This document shows, one piece after another, positions 62,229 through 64,000 of a stretch of DNA of 64,000 bases (its first letter is position 1; every line of letters begins with the position of its first letter). Made by a program: the position numbers and the translations under genes. The stretch is taken from contig CM082587.2 in NCBI GenBank assembly GCA_040954595.2, positions 9,677,403 to 9,741,402 on the forward strand. Reading direction: 5' to 3'. The notes under the pieces are model-generated. The model did no database searches, was not told where the DNA came from, and worked only from the letters and a program-made list of their open reading frames with translations. This DNA comes from Balanoglossus misakiensis. Lineage: Eukaryota; Animalia; Hemichordata.

Positions 62229-64000
62229 GGGTTTCGAGACACTACTAGCCCTATTGGTTTGCCTGGAGATAGATATGTGCCTATTGAATTAGGCAGGGTG
62301 AAGGACTGCATTAGTTGTTCTATCATGCCAAATGCCAAGGGCATAGGTGCTGTGGATGCTGAGATTTGGAAAAGTAGGTCAAAGGTTACGTGAGGTCACG
62401 CTAAATATGAGCAGAGAATGTTGATGCTTTAGTGGTCCATTTTAACAAAAAACAGACCTGTAGCCCTGTTGGTTTGCCTGGAATTAGGTACGCACATAAT
62501 TAATGAGTTAGGCAGGTGTCGCAGGTGACCCTAAATTTTGGCTTCTTATTTTGGTACCATCCACGCAAACACCTAAGCTGTACCTGCTCTAGATGCCGAG
62601 ATATGAGGAAGTAGGTCAAAGGTCACCCGAGGTCACCCAAAATTTGGGCAAAACAATTTGACCCCATAGTGGTACATATCCAACAAACACCAGACCTGTA
62701 GCCCCCTTGGTTCGCCTAGAATTAGGTATGCACATAATTAATGAGTTAGGCAGGTGTCACAGGTGACCCTAAATTTTGGCTTCTTATTTTGGTACCATCC
62801 ACGCAAACACCTAAGCTGTACCTGCTCTAGATGCCGAGATATGAGGAAGTAGGTCAAAGGTCACCAAAGGTCACCCCAAATTTGGGGGGATAATTTGACC
62901 CCATACTAGTCCATGTCCAACAAAAATCAGACCTGTAGCCCTATTGGTTTGCCTGGAATTAGGTATGCACATAATTAATGAGTTAGGCAGGTGTCACAGG
63001 TGACCCTTGAATTAATTTGGCTTCTTATTGTGGTCCTATGCTGCACACTGGCCGAAAGGACTCTTGCACCAACCAGAATTCTACAAAACGACTTGGCCAT
63101 AGCTTAACTATAGTGGAATACGTATAGATTTCATAAAAAAATTAATATAAAAAAATCTGTCGATTTTTCATATTATTTTTTCAGTTGGAACTGATTGTTG
63201 GAAGGTAGGCTAGCTGCACAATAAATTTGAAGCTGATCAGCCCAGCGGATGTTGAGATATTGGGCATAAATCTAAGATCCTAGGTGGCCATAGCTTAACT
63301 ATGGAAAGTATAGGCCTAAGGCTGGGTCCAATGGTCTTGAAAAATATGAAAAATAATGCTTTAAAAATCATCTCCTCAAAATCGGCAAAGACTTGAACAT
63401 TGAAATTTGGCATATAGGACCCTGGCCATATGGTCCACAAAGTTTGTTCACAGAATTTTGATTCGTCATTTTTTATGCAAATGAGATCAATTTAAAACTT
63501 TCAATCCAAGATGGCTGCCAGGTCATGTGACCTGTTGCCATAGTTACATGATCAGAAAATTACTTGCTTTGAGTTTTACCTATGAGCCAAATTTCAAGTC
63601 ATTGGGTGCAACGGTCTTCGAATAGCGGCTGTTTTTAAGAGTGGGAAGAAGAATAATAATAATAAAAAACAACACGATTTCAAGAGGGTTTCGAGACCAG
63701 AGGGTCTCGAAACCCTAATAAGCATATCTGCTCTGGATGCCAAGATATGGAAAAGTAGGTCAAAGGTCACCTGAGGTTATGCAAAATTTGGGCAAGGAAT
63801 TTTGACCCTATACTGGTCCATGTTCAACAAAAACCAAACCTATAGCCCTATTGGTTAGCCTGGAATTAGGTATGCACATAATTAATGAGATATGCAGGTG
63901 TCACAGGTGACCCCCAATTTTGGCTTTTCAGTTTTAGTCCCAACCCTCCAAACGCCAAGTCTGTACCTTCTCTGGATGTCAAGATATGATAAAGTAGGTC
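62229..64000. repeat. ~237-bp tandem repeat family, probably part of a Helentron/HINE-like non-autonomous element
   Basis: CCTGTAGCCC recurs at ~62457, 62695 and 62932, with related units after 63720. 14-bp-stem hairpin at 63685-63716 preceded by a (GAA)/(AAT) microsatellite; the same GGGTTTCGAGAC motif occurs at 62229-62240. Confidence 0.6.

Overview
Eukaryotic (animal, probably marine invertebrate; inferred from the transposon families present) heterochromatin-edge window with no recognisable host gene. The first half is a 130-bp satellite array (1-4367 and 12677-32502, about 186 monomers, with multi-monomer block duplications). It is interrupted by an 8.3-kb EnSpm/CACTA-type DNA transposon (34-bp TIRs, AG duplication) carrying a frameshifted transposase and a divergently transcribed spliced BEN-domain gene. 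The second half is a nest of transposons. The standout is an 18.4-kb element (38180-56535; about 10.3 kb without a nested retroelement) with ~570-bp TIRs, CAGGG termini and a 5-bp ATAAT target duplication. It encodes (i) a P-element-like DDE/DxxH transposase with a YqaJ/lambda-exonuclease-like PD-(D/E)XK domain inserted between the first two putative catalytic Asp motifs, plus a SAP-like motif, and (ii) a convergent 7-finger C2H2 protein. Both genes appear to start from the same 31-nt coding exon located inside the TIR, and a ~590-bp hairpin lies between their 3' ends. An intact Ty3/Gypsy element (642-bp LTRs that look identical, tRNA-Ser PBS, RRM-Gag, -1 frameshift) is inserted in the transposase. 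Also present: a decayed element with a 4-bp TSD (Chapaev-like) and several MITEs with 3-, 6-, 7- and 9-bp TSDs. All domain calls are from motif recognition by eye, not database searches.
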